64,000 nt of DNA from contig CM052816.1 of the NCBI GenBank assembly GCA_028534125.1, positions 78,494,001 through 78,558,000 on the forward strand, read 5' to 3'. This stretch comes from Lama glama (lineage: Eukaryota). The position numbers were made by a program, and so were the translations under genes. This document shows positions 39,232 through 52,005 of the stretch, one piece after another (position 1 is the stretch's first letter; every line of letters starts with the position of its first letter). The notes beneath the pieces are model-generated. The model was not told where the DNA came from and made no database searches. It saw nothing but the letters and a program-made list of their open reading frames with translations.

Positions 39232-42200
39232 CTGGCCGGGCGGCGGCGGCTCTCTTCTGCACCCTTCTCCTCGAGGCGGCTGTGGATGTTGCCTTTTAGT
39301 GTCGACCCAGCGGAGCGGCGTTTTCGCTACGGCACGGGCGGGCCGGGGCTTCCCGGTCTTTATTTTCCTGGAGGCCCACCGGAGCGGGGCCCTCGTTCGG
39401 TGGTGGTTGTGTGCGTGGGGGGCGCTCAGGCCGGGACCGGCTCGCAGGCCGCGCACGCTGCCCCAGCTGCTCGTCATTAGCTCTAGGGAGCCGAGCTCGG
39501 GGCGGCCACGTAGAGGACGCCGGCGATCCGACGGCGACGGTGCATTTTTTAAATGGTGTCCCTGCAGCCGGGTGGATGGATATATCGTACACCCTTCTGT
39601 CTTTTTGAGAGGCCGGACTTTACGCCCGTCTCTGCATTATTGCTGCGAAGTAAGAACGCAACCCGTGGAGAAGACGAAGATTCCCAGCAGGATTGAATTG
39701 GAATCGTGTTTGTGATGCATTTATTTCTGGAAATATGTGGTCTTTTCTGGTCTTGCTTTTTGTTGGCGGTGGTTTTGGCTCTTGCCTGACAGTCGGGATA
39801 AAGGCCTGTAGGCGACGCTGTTCGAGTGAGGAGCGGGTCCGCGCCCCTCTTTAGGTGTGGGTGGAGCCGAGCGCGCGGGGAGAGCCGGTGGACTGCGGGC
39901 TGCGGGTGGGCCTGGGGCCAGCCGATTTCAGACGTCGTTTTCCTCTTTACCTCTGAAACTGATGTGCTGGCCAAGGCTGGAGTACAAATGTGATTGTGTG
40001 TACCGCACCGTGCCTCTTGTAGCCTCTTACAGAAACGTGAAATAACTATCGTTCCAAAGTTCACCATTAAGTTTACTTCTGTAAATTAAAAGGGGGCTAT
40101 TCTTCAGGTTAAAAAATGCAGTAGGTAAGCGGGTTTTACTCAAACGGAATGAAATTTGTGTTGTATTTTCATGAATTTCCTTGAATTGTACATTAATTAT
40201 ATTGTTTATGTATCTGTGTATGTACCAATACGCTAAAAAGTAAACAGGAAAATATGACTACAGGATATAACTTTTGTTTCAAAAATCACTAAAAGGACTA
40301 AGGCAGATCTTGTCACTCCTTTACTCTAGACTTTGCAATTGCCTTGCATCTAGCTGAGAGTAAAAGCCAAAGCCTTGACCGCGGCCTAAAGGCCACGCGC
40401 GCTGTGACGCAAGGGCGGGGGGCTGCACTGGCAGCCTTGCCAGCCGGACCTCTGTTCTAGGAAAAGACACTACTTCTAGACAGTTGAAAGCCCTCCACAG
40501 CCCTAGAAGTCTACAAACTAGTGATTGTTTTCAAGTTTCTGTGAATGGGCTTGCTAGAGGACAGTCCATCGGTAAATAATATGATCATATTCCTACTGAG
40601 CCAGTTAGCTTTCTCTCTTCCTGAATTACAAACTGTGTTCTTCATCCTGTCTGCGCTCTTTCTTGCAAAATCATGCTGTTTTCACTAAATTAAAGTATGT
40701 GAGAATTTGGTTGGCTTAGTCCCAATCCAGCAACACTGGAAAAGTTCTTTCAGCAAGTATATATCCGGCACAAAATGTGTGCCCGGCACTAGGATTCAAA
40801 GGGTGCTTGTTTCTGAGGCTTAAAGGACCACGTATGCCTACTTTGGTTACTACTCAATTATGCTGTAAAGCAAAGCAAATGCTAGTGAGATTTATTTTTA
40901 CAATTTCCTTCTGAGGAAAAGGTTTAGTGAAAGCTGAGGTCAGGCTTAGTGTGGATATTTTAATTCACCTATTTTGCTGTTCCTTTACGTTTACTTTATG
41001 ATGGCAGCAGGTATACCAATAAATTAATTGATAAATAATTTTTGAAATCCGAAACAAAACAACAATTTTCATTTTCTAGTGGTTAGATAAATAGGCCTTT
41101 TAAATTAAGATACTACCTATGCCAGTAAACTAAATACTACAAATAATCATATTTCATGTATGGGAATTTTGGACAAGAAAAGACAATTTTGATAGGTATT
41201 TTATAACCATTAATACAATTAATTAGACAATGTTTAGTAAATTCTTTGTTCATTATAAGTTTACCTATTAATCTTAATAGCTAAAGCTATAATGTATAGA
41301 GATGGCTCAGAATGTTTTTCACTCAGTTTCAAAATACTGATATTACTGTTTGATAAAGAAAGCACAATTATCTTATATACTTCCTTAAATGTTACTGGTA
41401 AACTGATAATTTTTGCATGTACAGGTAGTGAAAGTCTTAGCATTATTGTAGCATTTAATTTAAAACTTTAGATATTTTTCAGTTTCTTCCCTCATTTACT
41501 TATTAAGGACTTGCTAAGTGCTCTAATTAGCTTTACGGTAGGCACCTCCTATATATTAGTGAACAAAAACTGACAGGGTCTCAGCCTTTAAGGGTTTTAA
41601 ACTTGCATCTAGTTTATACCAAATTTTTTTTTCCAAATCATAGAATTAATGAAATTGTTTCAGTGCATATCAAGGTATTCCTCCATTAAATCAATTAATG
41701 TTTTGCTTAGTGTTTAAGTAGCCAAGTTTAGAGCTTGTTTAGACTCTATTAATATAATATTAGCATTTCCATGATTGCATTGTCTCTTGTTTTTTGGGGG
41801 TTTTTTGCTTAAAAATTATTTTCCTCAATACCATCTATTAATTTTGATCTTTAAAATCTTTATGTCCAAAATCAGTTGATTTATGACGGTCTTATATTTC
41901 ATTGTTATATCTTTGATTCTTAGTTTGTAGGGTATCCCAATAAATATTTAATCTGACCTAATATTGCCTCCTTGCTGTAAGTACTAAGTTGCACTACTCA
42001 TTTTATTTGCCAAGAATATTACTGTGCAGTCCCATATGCATTCTTGATCAATAAACTGCAAAAGACTTGATAAAATATTTTAAAATTGATTTTAAGTAGT
42101 AACTGTTGAATGTCATCAACTGGGATTGGTACAATATGGCAAATTATGAATATTTATCTTCAAGATAAATACAATTTACCATAAAATGATAGAAATAAAA

Positions 42201-43119
42201 AATGTTAGAGAATTATTTTCTTCTCATAATTTTATGCCTACCAGTTCTATCATTTGTTAGTGATAAAATTAACTCTTAATAGGGATAAATTATGAAAAAA
42301 TAGAAAAAAGTACTAAAAGATATGAAGTGTATACAAACGCTACGAAAATTATTTCATGTATAGGCTATTTAAGTTACTTTTAGGATGATTTTTATCTTAA
42401 GAGACTTTGATAAAGTTAATTACAGATGTAGATTTGAGAGTGAGCTACAAATATATCAAACAACTTCATAGTCTATAAATATGTTTCTTTTTCAAGTTTT
42501 CAAAGTAAATACCTTAATCAAATTTGTGGTAGTATTTATGAAGTTTATTCAATATATTTTATCCATTTTTGTTAAGAAGATAGAAGTGAATGGTTTTTCC
42601 CCTGAAAGACTTTCTTCAGGTTGGCCTTTGAGAACGAGCTTTTTTATCTTTTCATTAATCCTTCCCACCTCTAATTAAGGATTTTCTCTAAATTCATAGA
42701 TTTTATTATTCATACTATCCATTTTTAATCCTATAATTTACTGTTGTTTACATTTTTTGTATCTATGTCTTATGTTCCTGAATCAAAGTTTCTGGTTATG
42801 TGTTACACTACATTGCAAGTTTCACTGTGCATTGCATAGTGTAGGGCCCTCAAAAACATGCATTTCTGAAATATAAATTCAATATAAAATTATTTAAGGT
42901 CATTAAATCTTAATCAAAACCCAATCTTAATGGAACTTACACATGCTGAATGTGGACCGGAGAATTAAACTCTACATGCATTTTAATACTAGACTAATCT
43001 GGAACAACATCAATTAAAAATGATTTTATCTATGAAGGAAAAATTAAAAATCCATTAAAAACTTAACATCTAAAATAGGTATGTGCTTATGATGCTCATT
43101 TCAAAGCATCACCTCTAGA

Positions 43120-43342
43120 CCAGTGTTTTAAAACTGGGTCATGTTATACTATGGGTCATGAAGTAAAAATTCAGTGAGTTGAGACTGGCATTTTTATTTA
43201 AGATAGAGGAAAGAATAGAAAATCCTAAAAGTATATCACACGTGGTAAAGTCTGTATTTTTATATAAAATTCATGCCATTAATATGTGCTGAGTTACCTT
43301 GTAAAATATATTTCTTACTATGGGTATGGGCCAGAAAAAGTA
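43120..43342. mobile_element. hAT-Charlie non-autonomous DNA transposon relic
   Basis: Begins CAGTGTTTTAAAACTGGGTCA; internal aatagaaaat...atcacacgtggtaa and tgtaaaatatatttcttactatgggt. Confidence 0.65.
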
Positions 43343-44447
43343 GTATTTTGGTTTATTTTATCTAAATTCAGTTTTTCCTTTACTTCCCCCCTTAGAAAAT
43401 GAAAAAGAAATGCTAGAAAGTTCTAATTGTCTATGGAATTTTATGTAATTATGTAAGGAATTTTAGAGGAGGCACTAGGATATTTTAGAGGAGTCTTGAC
43501 GGTGGTTTCAGAAAGGTGATCTTAAGATAAAGGGTAGGTAATAAACTAGAAATACCAAATATAGTTGAAGTTGTGAGAAGGAATTATTTTCCTAGTCAAG
43601 CTAAATTTGGTGTGTTTAGATCCATGACTATTTTCTTTTGATTTGTTGTAGCACATTTTCTAACTCAGGTGCCCAATACAGCAGAATAATAAATATAAAG
43701 CAAAAAAAATAGTTTTTTTTCCTCTATTTCTACCCACCTTCCCTTCAATCTTAAAACAGATGTTTACTGGCTAATCATAGGAGTACAAAGCAAACTGCTA
43801 CCTTCACAAAGTAATTATCAGACAAACAACTTATTCCCTGAAAATGACAGAAAGTCATCCTTCTGAAAAGTAACAAACTTCCAATAAGATTTTTTCTCTA
43901 GCCAAAGTAAATAATAATTTTTAACTAGTTAACTTTCATTTTGTCATCTAACTCATTCTATATATTTAAATAAATGTACTTAAAATTGTGTGCAGAATTT
44001 AAAAGGAAAAATTTGAAGGAGAAAATTGTGTATAGAATTGAAAGAGAGGCAATATACTGTGTGGTAAATGGGATAAAAATTATCTACCAAACAGAAAATA
44101 AGATAAAAATTATGCTATACTGAAATATTTTAATAAAATTTAGACATTTAAATGAAATTTAAACATTACTTACCATTTCATCTTACTTCAGTACAGCTTT
44201 CAGTATTACAATGTTGGTATGTCTATTTAAGAGTGTTAATAAAAGGTTTTTTTCAAGACGTGATGTTAGCTCCCTTTCTATTATAGATATTTTAAATCTA
44301 ACTTGGTTAAAACCTTAAGTAAACACAAAATTTTCTAGAGAACTGACATAAAATCTCTAATTCAGTTACTGAACCAAAGCTTACTCACCCCAAATTATTT
44401 CACCCAATATTCAATGCCCTATTGAAATAAGAAGCGAATTATATGAC

Positions 44448-44466
44448 TAACCAGCAGAGGGAGCCA
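44448..44466 (+). promoter_or_regulatory. Candidate CTCF binding site
   Basis: TAACCAGCAGAGGGAGCCA; the core CCAGCAGAGGGAGC differs at one position from the CTCF consensus CCASYAGRKGGCRS. Confidence 0.6.
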
Positions 44467-47119
44467 AGTCAGCCCTGAAAGGCAGAAGTACAAAGGAAGA
44501 CCATGTGACTTCCTGTTTTGAGTGTTGTGGAAGCTGTTCTCTTTTTGAGTTTAGTCTACCAAAAAACCAAGTAAAAGGATAGAAAGGCTACCAATGTATC
44601 AGATGTGCACAGAGTGACAATTTTAAATGTTAAAATTTCGTTGCAGGAAGCAAACTGAAAGAAAACGTGCTTAAAGTAAGGACAACCCTGGGAAGCACAT
44701 GTGGCATAAAAGAATTTTTAAAAAACAGATGTTAAAAACTTAAAACCAAATAAATAAAATATGCAAACAGTAAGATACTGATTTTGTTTCTACTATAGGT
44801 GGTGAAACTTACGTTGTTCAGAACAAAACAATGATAAGCTTATCAACCATTAAGCAAAAACAGTTCAAGTCAAGATATAACAGTGGAAATGTCTCAGCAT
44901 TATAACCTAAGATGGAAAACCACAGAAAATAGTACTTTAGGGCCATGATGAATTACTAGCTAGATGTAAACCATTTCTTAATAATTCCATTTTTATTGAA
45001 AACTGAAATTAGGCTCTAAATAGGCACGTTTTAAAGTGATAAAGTTGGCACAAATAAATAGATTAACCTTACATTAAAATTATATGCACTTTGATAAGCT
45101 AAGAAACAAGGGATACATTTTAATAAAAAAAAAGATTGCAGTGAAATAATACAAAGTTATTTTTCACTTTAAAAATAGAAAATAGAATTGTTTTCATTAC
45201 CCTTTATAATATAACAAAAAGTAATACCTTGTTTTGTGACAGATGTTATCTTCTAAGAACCTTGAAATCCCTGATAGAATGATGATATTTGAAGTAAAAT
45301 TGTAAGAGCTGGGTGTTAGCTAGCTGCATCAAAATTAAAAAAAAAAAATTAAAGGCCCAAGCAATTTTAGTTAAATAATAAACTAAATGGTAATAGTTTG
45401 GCCACTTACTCATTGCAAGGTTTGTAGAAACATACTGTCCAAAGCATAGAGGGACAATGGATTCAGGTAAATTTGAGCTATAGGTACATATACTTATGTG
45501 TTTGTTCATTCCAAAAATATACTTCTTGAACACTTACTATCTCCATTGGACATGGAGCATGTCTTCATCATGAACTAGATAAAATCCTCAAATCTTGTTG
45601 AGAGATTTAAGTTCATTAATTTTATGTGAATAGTCATAGAGATCCAATGTGCAATCCATTGAATCCAAAGGGATGGCATTTATAAGCAAATTATTTAATA
45701 CTGAGTACCAGAAGGTAGATTGTAAACCTCTGTAGGTTGGTTATTCTATTATATTATGTTATAATATACTGACATTGTATATATGTTGTCATCTGGTGTC
45801 AAATTAATCACAGCAATGATACCCAAGAAGTAAAATTAACCTAATATCCCTAGAGACATTTTAGTGCCAAAAACCAATTTAGCCAGTAAAGCTACTAATT
45901 GTGTGCTTCTTTTACACAAAAGTCATACGTATGGGCTATTAGAATTTCATAAACAACCTGACCTTTTAAATTATATTTTAGTTTTGTTACTGTTTCCACC
46001 CATGGAAAATGCTATAGTGATCTTTTTAAAATTACATTAATAAACTGGCAATAGCTTTGCCATGAACCATTTCTTTATTGATAAGCATAGTAATGGGTTA
46101 ACTCATCAAAATCCAATAAAAACATTAACTTTGTCACCAAAGCCAACATTTCAGAGTCTAAAATATATAATACAAGCTTTTCTATTTTATGTAGTTTTTA
46201 TTTATTAATCTAAAGCTCTGTAAAGATCAACTTAAAACCAAAGGAAAGAAAGAAAATAGCTCATACCTTGTCTTGTTTCAGAGTAGGGAATGGTGACCAG
46301 TTAAGAAAAGCACCACAAAAGTGACTTCCAGTGAACAAAATCAGGAGGTTCAAGTAAAGAATTTTGTTCTCCCTAAAAAAGTTCAATACAAGATTTTAGT
46401 CAGGAATTTATACCCTCACATGAATACTGTTTTAAACACTGCTCTTGAAACATTTGAAATATTTTATTTTCTCTTTGAAAAAACAGCAGCAAAAACCATA
46501 TGGCTTTAGTAGTCATGTTTCTAATTTATCAGCTTCTTTCGGTCTTACACTTGAATTCTGGATCCCTTCTAAAGCACCTCTCTGGTGCAGCCTTCTTGAT
46601 ACTGCTTTCCTCCTAATTCTACCATCAACATTCATTAGCTTTTTCTGATATATTCGGATGATTTCTCATGATTTTTAATTTGAAAAACTTACTGCATCTC
46701 TTATAGGCTTTGTGTAAAAATGTTTAATGTCTTTTATGCTAGGAGCTTAGAACTGATGATGATTTAATGTTTAATCTTGTGCTTACATTAAATATTTTGA
46801 GCTTTAGTTCTTCCTCTAATATTGCTGTAAAAACATCGCAGTTCTGAAATCTGGCTCTTTAAGAAGCGCTCACCAGAAAACTGTTTTGAAACTTTCTGAC
46901 TACAATGTTACTATTATATTCAGTATGGTAAGAGTTAAGTATGACCTCTGAATAAACGTATCTTAAATTCTCTATATTTTTAAGAATAGTACTGTATTCT
47001 AAGTATCAGAAGACGATGTGCTTCTTGAATAAATTTTGAATTTGTATATCCAAAGTTAGGGGATAAGTTGTTCTTTACTTATGAGTGCACAGCATTTTTA
47101 TTGCTATAAACTATAGATC

Positions 47120-48330
47120 CTTCATTCAACAAGCATGTGCCCAGCACCTATGTACTGGAAACAGTGAATAAAAATGAATAACCTTGTCTCTTTCTTTATA
47201 TAACTCACAGCCAAGAGGAAAACTAGATCAAAAACATTTAAAACAGTGAGATAAATGACTATGAATTGTAACAAAAGTCCTATGAAAGTACCAAGGATAC
47301 CTGGAGGTTTTGAGAAAAGCTTCACAGGAGAAGTGAAATTTGAACATTAGTGAAGGAGAAACAATTTTCCAGGCAAAGAAAGTCAAGAAGGAAGGAGCTC
47401 AACCATTCTAAAGAGGGAGAGGAACATATAAAAAGGTATAAATGCATAAGAGAGTTCTTGTATTTCATAAGCTGAAAATTGGTTTGGTTAGAAGGCAGAT
47501 TAGGTACAGAGGCTGGGATCTGCTTCTCCAGTAAGAAGTGTTTGGATTTTACCCCACACCCAACAGGTAAACATTAAAGAATTTTACACCCAAGATAAGG
47601 TGATAAAATTTGCATTTTAGAATAACCGCAAATTAGCAGTAAAAAGTACCTATTACATTAGAAGAAAAAAGATAGTAAAAGTGTTTCGTACAATTTAGAA
47701 ACATATATCCAGTTGAGTGTTCATATTCTTTGTATTCATACTATTTGACACAGTACTTTCTCACATGGACCCTTGATGTGCTGTATTACTTTTAAATTTT
47801 CAATTAAAACAGAAAGAAGCTCAGGCAACTGAAAAGGAAGGATGGAATGTGAGAAAGGCTGGATAAGTGTGACTCAGTAAGAAAGATAATGTAATTGTTC
47901 AAGTGAGAAAATGAAGTCTCGGTTATGGGAGCAGGGCTGAGAAGAGGAGGTAGATTTAAAAGTTAAACCAGAATTGAGGGCTTGTTGAACCAATGAATAT
48001 ATAATGTAAGATAAAGTGAGGATGGAGGACTCAAGTACTGCTGGCAATTCAGCTTTAATTCTCTAGATGGGTGTCACTGAGGTAGACATATAGGAGAAAG
48101 CGTAGGCTGAGAGCAGAGAGGAGTAAAAAAATTTGGTTTGAGATAACTTAGTCCAAGTTGTCTATGAGACTCCCAGTAAGAAATACCCAGTAGGCAGCTG
48201 AAAATATATGTTGATCATCAGGAAACAGAGCTAGAGACGAAGACATTAGAGTCGTTTTCATATACGTGATAGTTGAAGCCAAGAGCTGAACCCAGGGAGA
48301 GTTCATAAAATGAGAAAAAGCCAAAGAATT
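47120..48330 (-). mobile_element. LINE-2 3' region
   Basis: Begins ttcattcaacaagcat (reverse of the L2 tail); purine-rich L2 antisense motifs up to cagtaggcagctgaaaatata...gatagttgaagcca. Confidence 0.78.
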
Positions 48331-49264
48331 ATAAGGACTACTAAAGAAAAAGCAAGCTACAAACTTTGCTTATGGTTTAATAGTCTATCACTTTCCCCCT
48401 AAAATATTTTAAAAGAACCCTTTTTATTTGTAACACATTTAGTTAAATAGTGTAACAGATGCTTGGCTCTAAAATCAATAACCTATAAAATCTTATATAA
48501 TCCTGGAAATTATTCAATTACTGTCTCTTTCTCCTACATTTTACTTAAAGAATGGGAGTGGGAGAATAGAGGTTGATTTCTTAAGAGAATAATAGAAAAG
48601 GAAAAATAAAATAATGACATTTTATTTTTAAGCAGCAAATTCTTCTTAACATTATATAATATTTACAACCCAGATCTAGAAAGTTTAGTTACAGCTTCCA
48701 AACTTTCCAAGTAGTTTCTGAATTACTAGCCCCAAGGTACCACTCCAATCCAATCCATATACCAATCTACCTGACTATTCTTGATGTTTCACTTAGATTA
48801 TTCTTCCTAACCCCTGTTTCTCTTCCTACTAACCCGCTCATAATATCTATACAGTCTTCATTGGTTTCTGCTGCCCCCACACACTTTGATTCCTTTAAAT
48901 CAAGGGTAATATCACAGTCTTCATTGTTCCTGTCATCTAATTTAGGAAGACAGAAAACTAGCATAACAAGTTGAAATGAAGATTATGCAACCTATTATAG
49001 TCCAGAAATATCCGTGTTTTTCAGTAGTGAAACACAACAGTCTGAAATCCACATATCTCTGGGTCACATACATTTGTAATCATAACAATAATGAAATTAT
49101 AGTGTATTAACTTTTCAAAACTATTTAGTTTAAAAGTGTCCAAATAGTTCACTTAGCTTTATTCATATAATAGTGAAAAATTATGGGCCAATTACTAGTC
49201 TTTAATCAATTTTGAAAAATCAGTGAGAATACTGTTATACAACAAATCAAACTTTGCTTTCAAT

Positions 49265-50540
49265 AACTGTTCAACAAATGGTACTGGGACACCTTGATAG
49301 TCACATGCAGAAGAATGGAGTTGGACCTTTACTTCATACCATATGCAAAAACTAACTCCATATAGAGCAATGACCTAAATGTAAGAGCAAAAACTATAAA
49401 ACTCTTAGAAGAAAACACAGGGGGCAATCTTTAAGACCTTAGATTTGGCAAAGAATTCTTAGATATGAGAAAAAAAGCACAAACAGCCCTCCCCAAAAGA
49501 TAACTTGTATTTCAAAATTAAAAACTCTCATGCTTCAAAGGACACAATCAAGAAAGAAAATAAAAAGCAATCCTACAGAATGGGAAAAGGTGTTTGCAAA
49601 TCATCTATCAGATAAGGGAGATGTATCTAGACTATTTGAAGAACTCTTACAACTCAATAATAAAATAAATAACCCAATTTAAAAATGGGCAAAAGATCTG
49701 AATAGATATTTCTCCAAAGAAGAAATACAAATAGCCACTAAACACATAAAAAGATGCTCAACATCATTAGTCACCAGAGAAATGCAAATCAAAACCACAA
49801 TGAGATATCATTTCATACCCACTAGGATAGCTAAAATAAAAAAGTCAGATAACAACAAGCATTGGCAAAGATAGGGAAATATTGGAATACTCATATACTG
49901 CTGGTGGAAATATAAATGGTGCAGTCACTTTGATAAACAGTCTCGCAGTTCCTCAAATGGTTAAACATCTAGTTACCATATGACCCAGCAATTCTACTCC
50001 TAGGTATATACCTAGAGAAATGAAAACTTGTCCACCCAGAAATTTGCACACAAATGTTAACAGTAGCATTATTCAGAATCACCAAAAGGGGGTAACAACC
50101 TAAATGTTCACCAACTGACAAATGTGTAAACAAAATGTGTTATATCCATACAATGGTATATTATTTGGCCATTAAAAGGAACAGATACATGCTGCAACAT
50201 GACTGAATCCTGAAATCATTATGCTTAGTCACCAAAAAACACATAATAAATTATTCCATTCATGTGAAAGTCCAGAATAGGGAAATCTACAGAGACATAA
50301 AGTAAATTAGCAGTTGCTTAAGGCTGGAGGTGTGGGGAATGAATGGATAGGAGGGGTGATAGCTAAAGGGTACAGGATTTCTTTTTTGTGGAGATGAAAA
50401 TGTTCTAAAATTAACTGTGGTAATGGTTGAACACATCTGTGAATAGACTAAAAACCATTCACTTGATCACTTTAAATGCATCAATTGTATGGTATATAAA
50501 TTCTATCTCAATAAAGCTGTTAAATAAAAAACAAAACAAG
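49265..50540 (+). mobile_element. LINE-1 fragment (L1MB-like), ORF2 end plus 3' UTR and tail
   Basis: ttcaacaaatggtactgggaca...gaaatgcaaatcaaaaccacaatgagata...ccatatgacccagcaattctactcctaggtatata...ctcaataaagctgttaaataaaaaa. Confidence 0.93.
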
Positions 50541-51190
50541 GACGCTATGATAGAGAGGGCACATCTCAATTTCCACTCCAGGCTTATATATATATATATC
50601 TGAAAGTAGCCCTCAGATTTGATTTCCATGGCTTCAGGAAAGGAAATATAATATACACTAACAGAGATGAGAATTGATATATTGAGAGAATTTGACCACA
50701 GAGCAAGGAATTTCAGAATAGTAATATATACTCATCCACAATATCCTAAAGATACTATGGGTTCTTGGTGGGTAGTTTACTGTCACTGTAATCAGTACTT
50801 CTTTAAGAAGAGCCACATTGACAAGGCAGAATGCTTAAAAAATTCAAACACATCACTCTAAAGTCAGCTGCAGAAACTTAAAGCATAATTCATGCTAATG
50901 AAAATTTGTGAATTTCTTTAGAAATCCTGATTTTATTTCTACCAAATAGCTTGACAGTTCTTCAAATTTTGTGATTCCATTTAGCACAAGGCAGTTCTGA
51001 TATGGGACATGTACACTCCAAGTAACATCTACCCAATCCCCATGTTCTGGTTTGAATATTAATAATGGTAATTCCTTCACCATCTCATCAGTTATTGTAT
51101 TTTTTTCTCTGCAGTCTCAAGTTCAGGGTATTCAGATATCCTCCTTGCAACACCAAACAGAAAATATAATCACATTAGCTATTTGGGCTC

Positions 51191-51350
51191 TGTTATGCAC
51201 TGACTGTTTATGTCCTTCCCCAAAATTCGTATGTTGTAGCCCTAACTCTTATTATGATGGTGTCTGGAGACAGGACTTCTGAGAGGTAATTAAGATTAGA
51301 TGAGGCCATGTGGGTACAGCCGTATCATGAGATTAGTGCCCTTAACACCT
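51191..51350 (+). mobile_element. MaLR LTR 5' fragment (MLT1A/B-like)
   Basis: tgttatgcactgactgtttatgtccttccccaaaattcgtatgttg...gaggtaattaagattagatgagg...attagtgccctt. Confidence 0.78.
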
Positions 51351-51369
51351 CTCTCCTTCATGTATCTGG

Positions 51370-52005
51370 TACCCTATCAACTCAATCACAGATTTTGTTC
51401 ATTTTGTCTTTGAAACATTTGTTGACTATGTCCACTTCATTCTGTCTCCAATGACACTAACTTAGTCATTAGTTATCATTGGTAGCCAGAAGTGGCTGCC
51501 TTCATTTCTTCCCTATTACTGCAATAGCTTATTTGCTGGGCTTCTGGCAACCACAATGACCCCCTCCAACTCTCTCTTGCTGCCACAGCACTATTATGAA
51601 GACATAAATTTGATCATGAAAGCTTCTTGCTTAAAGCCTTCAAATTGTTTTCATTACTCTTGATAAAGATTCTTAACATAGAGCAAGGCTCTGCATAGTC
51701 TGTCCTTCCTACCTTTCCAGCCTTATCTCCCACTAATCTCTATCTTACAGTCCAAGCTCCAGGTATCCTGGTTGCCTTCCCAATGCTCTTTCAGCCATAC
51801 CATGCTTCCTGCGGCCAAGGACCCCAAGTTCCTTTTCTTTAGGGCACTAATATCAGTTTGCATTTACATATTTATTGGTGTGATTATTTGATTTATGTCT
51901 TTCTTTACCGTCTAAACTGTAAATTGCACTAGAGGAGGGATCATGTCTGGTTTACCAGCATCTAACAGAATATAAACCTGATAAATCTTTACTGAATGAA
52001 TAATT
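51370..52005 (+). mobile_element. LINE-2 3' region
   Basis: ctattactgcaatagct...tttgatcatg...ctaaactgtaaattgcactagaggagggatcatgtct...tttactgaatgaat. Confidence 0.78.

Larger units (their letters stand above)
38230..40040. promoter_or_regulatory. CpG island / bidirectional promoter of NIPBL and its divergent transcript
   Basis: Abrupt rise in GC and CpG content against an AT-rich, CpG-depleted background. ETS motifs ACCGGAAGTG (39051-39060, +) and GCGGAAGTG (39125-39133, -). No obvious TATA box. Confidence 0.93.
39140..44760 (+). ncRNA. NIPBL-DT: Putative orthologue of the divergent lncRNA NIPBL-DT (NIPBL-AS1); boundaries inferred
   Basis: Inferred from synteny: in human a lncRNA of roughly 5 kb starts just upstream of NIPBL on the opposite strand. 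Here the CpG island extends in that direction and AATAAA occurs at 44749-44758. Transcription cannot be seen from sequence. Confidence 0.45.

Noticed and set aside
38744..39715. 323-aa + strand ORF and the overlapping 128-203 aa ORFs on both strands
   Set aside because: They lie within the CpG island where stops are rare, give low-complexity R/G/P/A-rich translations driven by simple repeats, mostly start at non-ATG codons, and resemble no protein I recognise.
46513..46635. Minus-strand 40-codon ORF MNVDGRIRRKAVSRRLHQRGALEGIQNSSVRPKEADKLET
   Set aside because: Short, no recognisable homology and no supported exon structure.
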